From Rebecca billardiae RCC1528 (lineage: Eukaryota > Protista > Haptophyta): a stretch of 64,000 bases of DNA. The stretch spans positions 2,058,503 through 2,122,502 of the forward strand of contig OZ251235.1 in the NCBI GenBank assembly GCA_965240325.2, read 5' to 3'. Below the pieces are notes generated by a model. The model was not told the DNA's origin, did not search any database, and saw nothing but the letters and a program-made list of their open reading frames with translations. Positions 34,953 to 48,658 of this stretch are shown one piece after another. Position numbers and translations under genes: made by a program. Each line of letters begins with the position of its first letter. The first letter of the stretch is position 1.

Positions 34953-36739
34953 CGGGGACGGCGGGCGGGTGAAAGCGCGATCGATGCAAGGCGTGGAAGC
35001 CGGTGAGCTCCAGCTCTCACGCCCGGCTTCAAACGCCGGCCGTTTCGGCGCCGGTCGGCACGTTTGACGTTTCGACCTTTTCCCGGGCTGTCCCGGGGGA
35101 GGAGGAGAAAATTCAGACGAGTCCGGCCAGCGACAACGCCGCCTTGCCAATACGGTAGGGCGCCGGACGCAATAGGGAAGTGACGTCTGTGGGGTCACTT
35201 CCGCTGTGCGCACGAAAGTGAGGCCCCAGAGGTCACTTCCCTTCCCCCTCTTATTGGGGCATTTCTTCTAAGTAGCAAAGTCCGGACGCCCAGCTGGCGA
35301 CCGGTGGGTGGCCACGATGGCGGCCACGCCCGCCACGTGGTGTGGGCGGGACCTTGCAAGATCAATCAAGGCGGATACAAGTGGCGGAGACTTTGATCAT
35401 CGGCTAGCCCCCGTGCAGTGTGCTCTTAGCTACACACTTATCAGAGCTGGCTCGTCTCCTCCCTCAAGACCCGCTGCTCTGTCTAGATTCTGGGTGAGCA
35501 TTGCAGCATTCGCCTGATCCTCATGCGAGGGACGACGACAACTGGCGAGCCGCTAGGCTGCTCAACGGTGACGAAGGCAGCAGTCGAGCTGCCAAGCAAA
35601 GGTCGACGCAGTGTACCTGTGCATGCGATGCGCGGGGCAGCGCGCGCCATCGTATCGCCCGTCGCCGTCGGCCACGCAGCTGCTACCGGCCAGCTGACAT
35701 GATGACGCAGGGCCAGCTGAGCAGCTGCTGTGCCGAGGATCACATGGGTGCCAAGGGCTGGCAGGTGGCGTCATCACGGCGTATGCTGCGTGTGCTGCTC
35801 TCACTTACCGTGGTTGACCGGCTGCTCTGCCAGCGCGTGCCCGTGGCTGTTGCTGGGCAGGCAACGGCGCTCCTCCAGCCCGAGACAGGCTGCGCGCGTG
35901 CTGGTGAGCAGCCAACCTGCAGCTGATGTACAGGCGGCCGCAAGCTGGCATGGCCGAGGGCACGCGGTGGCATGGTGTCTATATTAACCCACGAGCTGCC
36001 GGCCGCGCTCGCACACGCCGTGCAATCGCCTGCCGCTGCCGGGTTTGGGCACACTCGCGGGGGGGGGGCGCTCACCAGGCATTGGTCACACGCCCTCGGC
36101 GCCTCTGCCTAGCTAGCACTTGCAGACACACCGTGCGGCAGCCCAGCGGCCACCATCCGCAGCGGTGGCTGCGAACTGGCCGAAGCTACGGGCGCGCGGC
36201 TGCATACTCTCCTTATTGGAACGTGCGCTGTCAAGTGTGATCGAGCTGACGGCGGACACGCCGGTCGGTGCTGTGTTCTTGCGCTCTCGGGGCCGGTGGT
36301 CATCAGGCGGTGGATACGCAGCCCGCCGCCACGGTGCGCCAGCGCCGCAGCCGACGACTGCGGCTGCGACCAGTGTCGCGCAGCGGCGGCTGAGGGCTGT
36401 CGCGGCGGATGCGGCGACGGCGGCGGCGGCGGCGTGGTCTGGGCATGGGCTGCCGACGCCACGCGCGCACGCTGAGCGCGTGCAGCTCAGGCACAGCGAC
36501 TTCGCGCGCTTATGACCGGCTGTCACCAGGCGGTGGACACGCGGTGCGCCGCCACGGTGCGCCGGCGCGGCCGCAACCGACTGCGGCCGCCGACTGCGGC
36601 CGCGACCAGCGTCGCGCAGCGGCAGCTGAGGGCTGTCGGGGCGGAGCGCGCGTGGCTGCGCGGCGGCGTGGTCTGGGTATGGGCTGCCGACGCTGCGTGC
36701 GCACAGGCGTGCGCACCCAGACCGGCGACGCTGATCGAC

Positions 36740-38460
36740 GCGCCCATCGCGCTGGAGCCGCTGTCATCCGACGCTGCTGTGCCCGCGCCCAGCAGCGCTC
36801 GACTCCGCGCCCAGTGCGGCGGCAGCAGCAGGGATGGTGCCACGGCGGGCGGCGGGCGCTGATGCAGCTGACGGCTCGGCTGTGCGCGCCCGAGGGGCCT
36901 GGGCGACGGGCGCGCCGAGCGCGGTGACGCCTCTCGCCTCGCCCGTCGCGCTGGAGCCGCTGTCATCCGACGCTGCTGCGCCCGCGCCCAGCTTGGGCAG
37001 CAGCGGCTGCGCTCGACTCCGCGCCGCGTGCGGCGGCAGCAGCAGGGATGGTGCCACGGCGGGCGGCGGCGGTCGACGGAGCTGCCAGCTCGGCGGTGCG
37101 CGCCCGAGGGGCGTGGGCGCTGGACGCACCGAGCGCGGTGCCGCTGCTCGCCTCGCCCATCGCGCTGGAGCCGCTGCCATCCGACGCTGCTGCGCCCGCG
37201 CCCAGCTTGGGCAGCAGCGGCTGCGCTCGACTCCGCGCCGCGTGCGGCGGCAGCAGCAGGGATGGTGCCACGGCGGGCGGCGGCGGTCGACGGAGCTGCC
37301 AGCTCGGCGGCGCGCGCCCGAGGGGCGTGGGCGCTGGACGCACCGAGCGCGGTGCCGCTGCTCGCCTCGCCCATCGCGCTGGAGCCGCTGCCATCCGACG
37401 CTGCTGCGCCCGCGCCCAGCTTGGGCAGCAGCGGCTGCGCTCGACTCCGCGCCGCGTGCGGCGGCAGCAGCAGGGATGGTGCCACGGCGGGCGGCGGCGG
37501 TCGACGGAGCTGTCAGCTCGGCGGTGTGCGCCCGAGGGGCCTGGGGGGTGGGCGCACCGAACGCGGTGCCGCTGCTCGCCTCGCCCATCGCGCTGGAGCC
37601 GCTGCCATCCGACGCTGCTGCGCCCGCGCCCAGCTTGGGCAGCAGCGGCTGCGCTCGACTCCGCGCCGCGTGCGGCGGCAGCAGCAGGGATGGTGCCACG
37701 GCGGGCGGCGGCGGTCGACGGAGCTGTCAGCTCGGCGGTGCGCGCCCGAGGGGCGTGGGCGCTGGACGCACCGAGCGCGGTGCCGCTGCTCGCCTCGCCC
37801 ATCGCGCTGGAGCCGCTGCCATCCGACGCTGCTGCGCCCGCGCCAAGCTTGGGCAGCAGCGGCTGCGCTCGACTCCGCGCCGCGTGCGGCGGCAGCAGCA
37901 GGGATGGTGCCACGGCGGGCGACGGGCGCTGATGCAGCTGGCGGCTCGGCGGTGCGCGCCCGAGGGACCTGGGCGACGGGCGCGCCGAGCGCGGTGACGC
38001 CTCTCGCCTCGCCCATCGCGCTGGAGCCGCTGCCATCCGACGCTGCTGTGCCCGCGCCCAGCTTGGGCAGCAGCAGCAGCGCTCGACTCCGCGCCGCGTG
38101 CGGTGGCAGCAGCAGGGATGGTGCCACGGCGGGCGACGGGCGCTGATGCAGCTGGCGGCTCGGCGGTGCGCGCCCGAGGGGCCTGGGCGACGGGCGCGCC
38201 GAGCGCGGTGACGCCTCTCGCCTCGCCCATCGCGCTGGAGCCGCTGCCATCCGACGCTGCTGTGCCCGCGCCCAGCTTGGGCAGCAGCAGCAGCGCTCGA
38301 CTCCGCGCCGCGTGCGGCGGCAGCAGCAGGGATGGTGCCACGGCGGGCGACGGGCGCTGATGCAGCTGGCGGCTCGGCGGTGCGCGCCCGAGGGGCCTGG
38401 GCGACGGACGCGCCGAGGGCGATGACGCCGCCTGCTTCGCCCAGCGCGCCGAGGAGCAGC
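36740..38460 (+). repeat. 214-bp tandem satellite array, about 8 copies (same unit as in 20468-27071)
   Basis: Anchor GAGCCGCTG at 36755, 36954, 37168, 37382, 37596, 37810, 38024 and 38238. Confidence 0.95.
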
Positions 38461-38898
38461 TGCTGCCGTTACTCTGACGAGTCTACGTCTACTGAGATGA
38501 TGGCGTCTTGCAGTACGACAGCATCATATACATCTATATATATATGCTGATATATAGCTATGATGCGCGCAGAGTTCTGAGCAGCTCATGCCGCTGCAAT
38601 GACTCTCAGATCCGCGCTGCGGGCCTGACAAGGATGATGATGCGCGGCCTGCGGCCTGCTGATCGGAGGCGATGACGCCGATGCTGACGATGACGTGCGC
38701 CCGGCCTGTCGATACTCGATGGCGGATCGGACGTCCGAGTCATCATATCGATATCGATATCATCATAATATAATTAATGACGCGATGCTGACACGGCTGA
38801 CTGCTATCATCAGCATATCGATCAGCATCGTCAGGATGACGAACATATCAGTCAGCGACAGCAAGTGGCCTGCGGTGCTCATATATATATATATAGCT

Positions 38899-38930
<32 letters not shown>

Positions 38931-39266
38931 CTCTCTAGTCTCTCTCTCTCTCTCTCTGGTAAGTAATATATAGTATGGACCAGTCGACGGACTGCTAGCT
39001 GCTGCTGCTGATGACGACGGTCGTCGTCCGCAGCAGATGTCATCAGCTGCAGCTATTAGTATATACGTACCAGTACGTACAGTATATACATTAGATTTCT
39101 AGTGCCGTCTCGGGGACGCACCGCTGTCCGCTCCGCCGTGTGATCCGATCCGCCGACCGTCAGTGGCGACGCGCGCGAGTATAAGCTGCGCGCGCGCGTG
39201 CGCTATACTAGCCGGCTGAGTCTCAGTGATGTCCGGTCAGTCAGCAGCATATATATACTGCTCGCC

Positions 39267-39385
<119 letters not shown>

Positions 39386-39440
39386 TGTCAGTGCGTGTCA
39401 TTGATGCTCGCGCAGAGCTCATGGTCGTGGCTCGGTCACG

Positions 39441-39775
39441 CGATGCAGCACATTGCGCTGGTGCCAGGCCGCCACGCGCATGGCCGGACATGGTAACGCG
39501 TTGTACCATGAGTGCACTCGACTGCACAAAGGAGCAGCGGGCCCAGAATCCTACGCATAGCGAGCACGCACGCGCGCAGAGCTCAGGGTGGTGGCCCGGT
39601 CACTCGTCGGATGACGTGAGAGAGGGAGAAGCACACGATGCAGCACATTGTGCTGGTGCCAGGCCGCCGCGCGCATGGCCGGACATGGTAACGCGTTGTA
39701 CCATGAGTGCACTCGACTGCACAAAGGAGCAGCGGGCCCAGAACCCTACGCATAGCGAGCATGCACGCGCGCGCA
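39441..39775. repeat. Direct duplication of ~137 bp (period 195)
   Basis: CGATGCAGCACATTG...GAGCA(C/T)GCACGCGCGCAG begins at 39441 and 39636. Confidence 0.9.
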
Positions 39776-41829
39776 GTGCTGAAGGTCGTAGCCGTCGGGT
39801 GATGACACGAGAGAGAGAGGGAAGCCGGCAAGCATGTGCGCATCTGTTGGTTGAGGCGTGGGCCATGGGCGCATCTTGCTTCAAACACGCACGTATAAGC
39901 ACTCGTCGCCGCCTCCCCGGTCTCGTTCGAACCACAAATGAAGTGGAGACTGCAGGCAGCGAAGAGACGACTGACAACTTCACGCCGGGGATATGACGGG
40001 ATGCTGATGGGTGCCATGGTAGCAACCAAGAGTTCAAGGTTGTCCTGCCATTGCAAACGCTTACAGTACGTGTGGTGTGCATGCCCAAGTGCCAGGCACG
40101 ATGGATCAGTGTCGCTGGCGCCATGCCGCTTGCTTGGTCAAGCTGCACGTCGATCCACACGCGCATGCGCACGCGTCGGGCGAGCGCGCGAGAGACCATC
40201 TGGTTGACGCCAAGCTCAAACATGCACGCTGAGAGCTGCAGAGTTTCAGCTCATGAGGTCCGCAATCCGCATCCTCTTTGAGCACTTGCATCGCCATTGA
40301 GCTCGGGGGAGTCGCGTCCTGGCAACTCGACGCAGGCGATCGGCATCGCTCTCGACACGGGCCCAAAAGTCGGCGGCTTCGCGCCAGGATTCTCATTTCA
40401 TCTCGTCATTCTCATCATTCTCATCATTCCCGGCCCGAATTTTGTTCTTCCCGTCTAGCTCTTTCATCGATTTTCGTCCGCGCCCCTGCCGGCGGGTGCA
40501 AAACACCCTCGCCATCACGCGCGCCGACGGCTCGCCGGCAGAGATCGCATGACGGTCACTCGATGATCAGGCGCGCCTGGTCGCTCACCGCTGAGGGCTC
40601 GCCGTGCAATCGTGCCTGAGAGTGACCTAGGGCTGCCTGAGAGACGGATGACATGGTCAGTAGAGGGATGCCCGAATATTGGATCGAGCAGAATAGTAGG
40701 ACGCGAGTTACGACTTATGCTCGAGTAGATAAGATCACTGATCACCTGGGCAATCCAAGGGCGCCACCAATAGACTGCTCTCGATGCCCAGCTGCTCGAC
40801 ACAGCAGCTGCCCGCATCCAGGTAGACTTTCGGTGTCTCCAGCATCAGAGCCTCAGATTCACACCAGCAATAGCTGTTCTGACCGCCGGCAAAGCAAGCA
40901 ATGGCTGAATGGCACTCTCGGCTTGATCAGGATCACTCCGATCAGTCTTACTACTAGGCTGAGATTCCGACGACGATCCCACTAGCCGAAGACGACTGTG
41001 TGGACTACGCGTGAGGAATCAATCTGCGCCAATCAGCGCGTGCCAATGCCTGCTCCCCCAGAGCAAGCAGCCAAGAAGTCTCGCATGTCACGGCTGCAAT
41101 CACTAAGTGAGCGACTCCAAGAACTCACGTTGAGCCCGAAAGTCTCACTCTGGCAGCTGCCGGATCGATCTCCATGATGCTAGGCAGCCCTTTGAAAACC
41201 ATTCCTTTACGAGAAGCATTCCTGAACGAGGCGTTGAACGAAGGTCGTCTACTGCCATTCCATTGCATCCGCGCATTACAGCAGCAGTGAAGAAGTGGTC
41301 GCCACCGTCACGACGAGCAGCGCCTGTGTGTGACGAACCAGCTGCCCGCCAAGGCACACATGGCGATACTCGTCTCTCGGCAGGAGGAGAGATGCTGTAG
41401 GAGGGGACCACCGCTGTGCGGGAATCGGCACACTCCTCGGGCGTGTGGGATCATCCTGTTGTGGCCTGCCCAATCTCGCTGGGAAAGACATGATGGGCGA
41501 TGGCGGCTCCGGCGACCATTTATTGCAGCAGAATCTTCCGTAAATACGGGCGAGGTACGCGAATCTTCAGAAGCCGCTAGCCGATAAACTACACTGGAAC
41601 AAGGGCGGTACTGGAAGCTCCCGCAAATACGATCAGAGTACGCAGAACTTCAGAAGCCCGCTGGCCAATAGTCGGTCGGAAGCCTTCGCAAATACAATTC
41701 AGTGTACACATCCTGAACCAGAAGAGTATCAGAAGCCTTCACAACCGAGGGCGGGGCTTGACGAGAGCCTGCCGCCCTTGCCGCCACCTTCACAGTCGCA
41801 GTCGCTGACACCGAGTTCGCAGGTGCCCT

Positions 41830-43700
41830 CACCGACGCCCTCGCTGCAGCCCTGATCGCATCCGCCGCCCCGCTGCCACCGCAAACGTCGTCGCCACCGC
41901 CCGCGCAACCGCCCTCGCCCTGGCCGCCTACGCGGCCGCCTCCGAGCCCGTCGCCCGTGAGCCCGATTCAGGCCGCGCCGCCCTCGCCACTGCCGCCACC
42001 ACCGCTGCCCGTGGCGTCGCCAACCTCGTCGCAATCTCTGCTACTGCCACCCTCGTCGTTCTTGCCACCACCTCCGTCGCTCTCGCCCTCGTCAGGCCGC
42101 ACTTTTGCTATGCTACCACCGAGCCCGCCGCAGCAGCTGCCGCGCCGCCGCACCAACACCGCCGCCCAGGCTGCCGCCCTTCCCGCCGCCTCGGCGACCG
42201 CTGGCCGCGGCGACGCTCTCGCCACAACCTCAATGACTGCCACCCCCGTCGCTGCCACCCTCGCCACCTCGCCAGCGCCAGCGCCCCCGCCCTCGTCCTC
42301 GCAAGCGTTGCCGGGCCTGCCACCGCAGCTGCCGGGCCACAACCACCGTCGCCCAGGCCGCTGCCCTCACCGCCGCTGCCGCATCCGCTGACTGCACCGC
42401 TGCCGCCCTCGCCGCCAATTCAGTCGCCACCCCCATCACCGCCCTAACCACCGCCAGCCTCGCCGCGCTCGCCCTCGCCAGCGCCGCCTACGACGCTGCC
42501 GCCGAGCCCGGCACCCGAGCTGCCGCCGCCGCCGCCGCTGCCGCCGCCGCAGCCTAGGCCGCCGCCCTCGCCGCCGCCGCCGCGTCCGCGGGCCGTGCCG
42601 CCCCCGCCCTCGCCACTGCCTTGGGTGCCACCGCCCTCGCCGCCCTCACTGCCGCCAGCGTTGCCGCGCTCCCCAGCGCCGCCTATGCAGGCCGGGCCCG
42701 CCACCCCAGCTGCCGCCGGAGCAGCAGCTGGCGTCGCCCAGGCCGCCGCCCTCGCCGCCGCCGCCGCGCCCGCTTGCCGCGCCGCCGACGCCACCGCCAC
42801 CGCCTCCGTTGCCGCCGCCCTCGCCGCCCTCACCGCCGCCAGCGTTGCCGCGCTCCCCCTCGTCAGCGCCGCCTACGCCGCCGCCGCCGAGCCCGCCACC
42901 CCAGCTGCAGCCGCCGCCGCCGCCGCTGCCGCAGCCACAACCCAGGCCGCCGCCCTTGCCGCCGCCGCCGCGTCTGCGGGCCGTGCCGCCGCAGCCCTCG
43001 CCACTGCCTCGGGTGCCACCGCCCTCGCCCTCACTGCCGCCCTCACTGCCGCCAGCGTTGCCGCGCTCCCCAGCGCCGCCTATGCAGGCCGGGCCCGCCA
43101 CCCCAGCTGCCGCCGGAGCAGCAGCTGGCGTCGCCCAGGCCGCCGCCCTCGCCGCCGCCGCCGCGCCCGCTTGCCGCGCCGCCGACGCCACCGCCACCGC
43201 CTCCGTTGCCGCCGCCCTCGCCGCCCTCACCGCCGCCAGCGTTGCCGCGCTCGCCCTCGCCCGCGCCGCCTACGCCGCCGCCGCCGAGCCCGCCACCCCA
43301 GCTGCAGCCGCCGGCGCCATCGCCGCCCAGGCCGCTGCCCTCGTCACCGTCGCCGCCCCCGCCTCCACTGCCCTTGGGTGGCGCCGCCGCCCTCGTCGCA
43401 GTCTCAGTTGGTGCCGCCCTCACCGCACTCGCTACCGCCTCCTTCGCTCTCGCCCTTGTCAGCGCCACCCTCTCGCTGCCGCCGAGCCTGCCGCCGCAGC
43501 TGCCGCCACCGCCGCCACCGCCGCCCGGGCCGCCACCCTCGCAGCCGCCGCCGCGTCCTCTGGCCGCGTTGCCGCCGCCCTCGCCGCCGCATCCGTCACC
43601 GTCACTCTCGCTGCCATCACCGCCGCCAGCACTGCCGCCCTCGCCGCTGCCCTAGCTGCCGCCCTCGCCGCGTACACCGCTGCCTCCGTCACCTCCGCCC
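41830..43700 (+). pseudogene. Frameshifted Ser-Pro-rich (extensin/pherophorin-like) gene fragment with a ~397-bp internal duplication
   Basis: SPPP/PPSP peptides switch frame repeatedly. CCTATGCAGGCCGGGCCC occurs at ~42682 and ~43079. Confidence 0.5.
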
Positions 43701-44253
43701 TCTTTGTCGTCGCTGCCGGTCCCGGCTTCCTGTCTGCCACAGCCTGGTGTGGTGTGCACGCCGCGTGCTTCCAGCTCTCGCAGATGTGGATGGCAGTCAC
43801 AATTGGGCCTACCGTACGATGCCTGCAAACGCACCCCTGAGCCAGGTGCCGCGTCGAGAAGGGCGTGGCAGCCATGCCACCCCACAGGCGGGCCGCCATC
43901 GTGGCCGCCATCGTGGCCACCGGTCGCCAGCTGGGCGTCCGGACTTGCTACTTAGAAGATATGGCCCAATAAGGGAAGTGACCTCTGGGGCCTCACTTTC
44001 GTGCGCACAGTGGAAGTGACCCCACAGCGGTCACTTCCCTATTGCGTCCTGCGCCCAACTGGGCTGGCCTTGCGCCCTTGCTGCCTTTGCAGAGCTACCG
44101 GACTCTCCAAACTCACGCCCGGCCGCCGAGCGACCGGCCCGGGCGGCGCTTGCAGGCTGGCGCTAAGTCGATGACAGAGTCAGAGAGAGTGTGATTGGGC
44201 GCCCGAAGACGCCAACCTCGGACGGGCGCAGACTCGCAGCGGCTGGCGAGCGC

Positions 44254-45171
44254 TCAGAACTCGATGCGCTCGCCGTCCCACGCGAAGAGCGAGCCCGAGT
44301 GCACGGGCTCGATGCACTCGAGCACGTCGAGCAGCCGCTCGACCGAGAACGCCGTCGTGAAGAGCTTGTCCGGCCGGACATTCTTCTGGAAGGGCTTCGA
44401 GAGTCCGGTGTCCACGGTGCCCGGGTGGAGCGCGACGGCGAGCACCTTGCGCCGGCCGAGCTCGAGCGCCATGTTCCGCGTCGCCATGTTCAGCGCCGCC
44501 TTCGCCATGCGGTAGCTCCACCACCCGCCCAGCCGGTTGTCGCTCACACTCGACACGCGCGCGCTTAGGTTGGCGATGATGCGCTCGCGCGGCGTCGCGC
44601 CCTGCGCGGTGAGCAGCGGCATCAGCTCCCGCGTGAGGAGGACCGGCCCGATGGCGTTCACCGCGTACACCTGCTGCATCCACTCGGGGCTGCACGTCGT
44701 CAGGCTGCGCTCGGGCATGCGATCGGCCGAGCCCTCGTGCAGCAGCCCTGCGCAGTTGATGAGCATGTCGACCTGGGAGACCATGGCCGACACCTCAGCC
44801 GCCGCGCGCGTGACGGAGGCCTCGTCGGTGATGTCGACGGCGACGCTCCGCACTCGCGACGCGCCGTATGTTTCCCTCATCCGAGCCAGCGCCTCCGAGC
44901 GCTCGGGGTCGCGCGAGAGGGCCACGACCGTTCCGCGCGAGCGTGCGAGCAGCGCGTCGCAGAAGCCGGCGCCAATCCCGCGGCTCGCGCCCGAGATGAC
45001 GAAGACAGCGTCCGCGTCCGCGTTGCGCGCGCGGCTAACGTCGTTGGCCTTCAGCGAGAGGGGCGGCGGTGGCCCAGCCGCCGCGCCGAATGCGCGCCCC
45101 TGCACCGCAGGCCTTGCGCGGACGACAGCGCGCGAGAACATGCACGACAGGACGAGCAGCGCGAAGCGCAT
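44254..45171 (-). CDS. Short-chain dehydrogenase/reductase, CsgA/C-factor-like
   Basis: SGASRGIG Rossmann motif, LINCAGLLH, NLSARVSSVSDNRLGGWWSYRMAKAALN (YxxxK) and ALHPGTVDTGLSKPF. Confidence 0.93.
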   Translation of the reverse strand: MRFALLVLSCMFSRAVVRARPAVQGRAFGAAAGPPPPLSLKANDVSRARNADADAVFVISGASRGIGAGFCDALLARSRGTVVALSRDPERSEALARMRETYGASRVRSVAVDITDEASVTRAAAEVSAMVSQVDMLINCAGLLHEGSADRMPERSLTTCSPEWMQQVYAVNAIGPVLLTRELMPLLTAQGATPRERIIANLSARVSSVSDNRLGGWWSYRMAKAALNMATRNMALELGRRKVLAVALHPGTVDTGLSKPFQKNVRPDKLFTTAFSVERLLDVLECIEPVHSGSLFAWDGERIEF

Positions 45172-46657
45172 CGAAGGCTGTCGAGAGGCGAGGGAGCTCA
45201 GACACCAGTCCGGCACTCCGGTGCCGCCGCGCACTCGCGCGTCCGGCCGCGGGAAAATGGCGGGCCCCGCGTGCCTCACGTCCACGGCAACTCAGACCAG
45301 CCGCCGTCGCATGCCCGCAAAGCCGCCTCATGCGCGCATACGAACTCTCTCGTTGAGGGCCCCAAGGCGCATGCGTAATTGCGTGCTGATTAGATGAGCA
45401 GCGGTGCCGCACTGCCGACGCCTGCGCCTTCGCTGCGGCGGCCTCGGTGCTGGCGCTTACACGTTGCCAATGCCGCGAGCAGCATCCTCGAGCGAGTCAA
45501 TGCGTGGGCCGTGATGTTGACGAATTTACAAGGGGTTGCATACACGAGCCTGGTGGTCCTCTCCGCCACGCATCTTGTATCAGCGTGTGTACCGCGGCCC
45601 GACAAACCACTACAGGAAGCCTACGTATTCAAGACCAACTGCTCTGTATAGATGTGAGCAGACGCGGTCCTTCGCGCCGCGGCGGAATGGTGTCCGGTCG
45701 CGAGTACAAGGCATCGCGAATGCAGTGGCAGCTGCTTCCTTGGATATTCCTGAGCTCAGAGCGCTTGAACTTTGAAGGGTATGGATACTGAGCTGTCGGT
45801 GCGTCTTGTCGAAGGGAATTCGCGGAGGGGCAGTAGTGCAGTCACTGCCAGATGACGCGTCACGCGTCGTACGGCGTAACCGCCGTCGTCAGAAACGACT
45901 GCTGAGGATCGGGGCTCACGGCTATATCAGACAATTCAGTAGTCACAAGCTCCGAAGGCAGTTCAACTATACAACGCGCGGCGGCAGTACCGTGTCAGAG
46001 TCACTGATTAATCAGTCGTGATATGATGGTATCCATGCACAATATAACGCCTAGAACTCGCCGTCTGACACGGGCGCGTCCAGCGGGTGACCAGGGAAGA
46101 TGATCCGGTTCATCAGAAAGCTGAACCGCTGGGCCGAGGCGAGGGCGACGAGACGCGTCAATGGCGTCATTGGTGTCGTCGTCGGCGCGGCGGCACTACG
46201 GCCAGCAGTATGTACGCCCGGCTGCGGCCGTGGCCTGGCCGCGCAGCATAATTATATTCATGCTGCATGATGATGATGAGATGATGAGTCAGGATGGCGG
46301 AAGTCTCATCAGAGTCAGACGATTCGAATATTGGATGGAATTTGGCAAATATATATTCTGATGGCAGTCGTAGCAACGGTAAACTATGGAAAATTATTTG
46401 AGGCCCTATGATGCCAGACTGATGGCGTCAATAATTACAAATATACGCGGCGGATATTTCGACCGCGGCATGCCGGCAGGCCGCGGCACCGAGCCCGGAA
46501 TACTAGAGTGCGACTCACTATTGCTGAGTACTGCGCGACGGCCGTGGCATTGGCAAGCTGCTGGTCGTATCAGCCCTGGTCAGGCCTCGCCTCCTAAGTT
46601 TTGGCGGTTCGTGCTTACTATGACGACGATGTACTACTAGCATACTGCTGCTACTAT

Positions 46658-46662
<5 letters not shown>

Positions 46663-46746
<84 letters not shown>
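46663..46746. repeat. (TA)n microsatellite
   Basis: Read directly. Confidence 0.95.
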
Positions 46747-47444
46747 TGCATGACGCGGCGCCGGCTCGTCGCCCTCATCAAACGTGATACAGCCACGTAC
46801 TGACAGTAGTTCCGCGCGAGAGACTGAGATATTGTCGGTCATCGGCGCACAGCAGTCGCCCAGCGGCGCTCGCCCGCTCGCCCTCGCGGCACGCTGCGGG
46901 ACCCCTCGTCCCCTGCGCAGATCGGAAGTCCGTCGTAGCAACACGTACTGTATCATATTATGCAGTCGAAGTGAGTAGTGACCGTTATCATCGTCCGTTA
47001 TGGCGTAACTACGAATTCGTTATTTACGTTACTAGGCTGCGGGCTCCGGCTTCGGTCCACCCCCCTCAGTAGTCAGTCCGGTCACTGGAGCGTTATACAT
47101 CTTAATTGACACTGCAATGCCAATCGGCGGGATCGCCGCCTCTGATTATGATCTGCTACAATAGCTCATAGACCACCCCAGGCGGTCCCTTGGTCTCAGA
47201 GTTCAAGCCTTGGATCGACGATATTACGGCCAGATGGATTGCCAATGCCATCAGCCCGGCATCACCTCCAATATAGGTTTAGACTCTAGCATGATACCCA
47301 GTCTATAATTACATATTTCCAAGACCGGGTATCATTATTTTCGCATATGTATGCAGGTCGGTCCCGGAACGCTCCCTGACTGTGCAGTGTGCTGAAATCG
47401 ATCGGACGAGTAAGGGGTCGCTGGTAATTTTACATAGCTATTTT

Positions 47445-47446
<2 letters not shown>

Positions 47447-47485
<39 letters not shown>
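47447..47485. repeat. (AAT)n microsatellite
   Basis: Read directly. Confidence 0.95.
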
Positions 47486-47486
<1 letters not shown>

Positions 47487-48658
47487 GATAGCAAAAATAG
47501 CGAGTCTAGTGTAGCATTGATGATTGAACCGCCTATTGAGAGGTGGTCGGATACTCGGATATATGCGACATTTCTCACGTTGATTATTATAGCGTTGAAG
47601 TCATTAATCGGGGGTCGGAAGGCCGGGACTCTGCTGCTAATGCGCATATGGCGGCATAGTGACACAGTCACCGGCGGCGGCGGCGGAGTGAGTGAGTGAG
47701 TAATAGTGGTCCGCTTGGTTGACTTCGGCTCCGGGGGCCGCCGCAAGACGTAACGGATCGTCGAGCTGGCTGCTGGGGCGGGTGGCCAGGCCCGCCAGGC
47801 CCAGGGCCCACTGGGACCAGGTCTGGGTCGGGACCGCCGAGTGGCCGACGCGTCGTTCGTCACTCGTCGACTCCGCCGGCCGCCGGGTGAGTGCCAGCCG
47901 CCCAGCCAGGGTCCGCCCAGGCCTCGGAGCCAGCCGGGCCTGATGGCCGCCTGCCAGCCTGATGGGCTTCACTTGATGCGGCGTCCGCAGCGCGGACATC
48001 CGTCATCGCCACGCGATATGCCATGCGAATAACCTGGTACTAGCTATATATATATATATATACCACACACACACACACACTGACACACGTACTCATTGAG
48101 TATCACCATCCGCGTCGACAGGCAGGCGGCACCGCGCACGCCGAGTGGCTGTGCTGCCCCTGCCCTGTCGGCTGAGTCGGACACGGTCGTGGGCGCTCCG
48201 CAGAGGCTGATGACGCTGTCGCGCGTCGTTCCGTGCCGTACGTGAGTGTGGATCGCCCAGGTGTTTGCGAATGTGCTGCCACTGCAGTGCACGGGAAGTG
48301 TATACGCATCTTGACGTGGGGGCGAACACAGATAAATAAGCGTCGTGGCCGCTCGCGATCACGGGTGCGGGTGTGCATGCGCGGCACGGTGGGGATGTCA
48401 AGCGCAATGCGAAGCGCGATCGAAGCGCCCTGGCCGAAAGAGGGCATCCAGTTGTGCGCGTCGCGAGGTTGCGGGCGTGGCGAGGAGCGGCGCATCGGCG
48501 TCAGCAGCGACCCGCAAGAGCGAGTCGGCGAATGGCGCGGCGAGTGCGCGCGCTGCACCGCGCCCGCTGCAGTGGATGGTCGTGCGAGCGGCGCGCCTCT
48601 AGGTGCTGCGAGGACTCGAGGAGCGCCCGGCTGTGACGGCGTGCGCGCGCGGCGCGGC

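Noticed and set aside
31301-35006. Plus-strand 773-aa and 758-aa ORFs
   Set aside because: Antisense shadows of the HEAT-protein gene.
47087-47375. Possible small MITE with GGAGCGTT ends
   Set aside because: An 8-bp match is too short to exclude chance.
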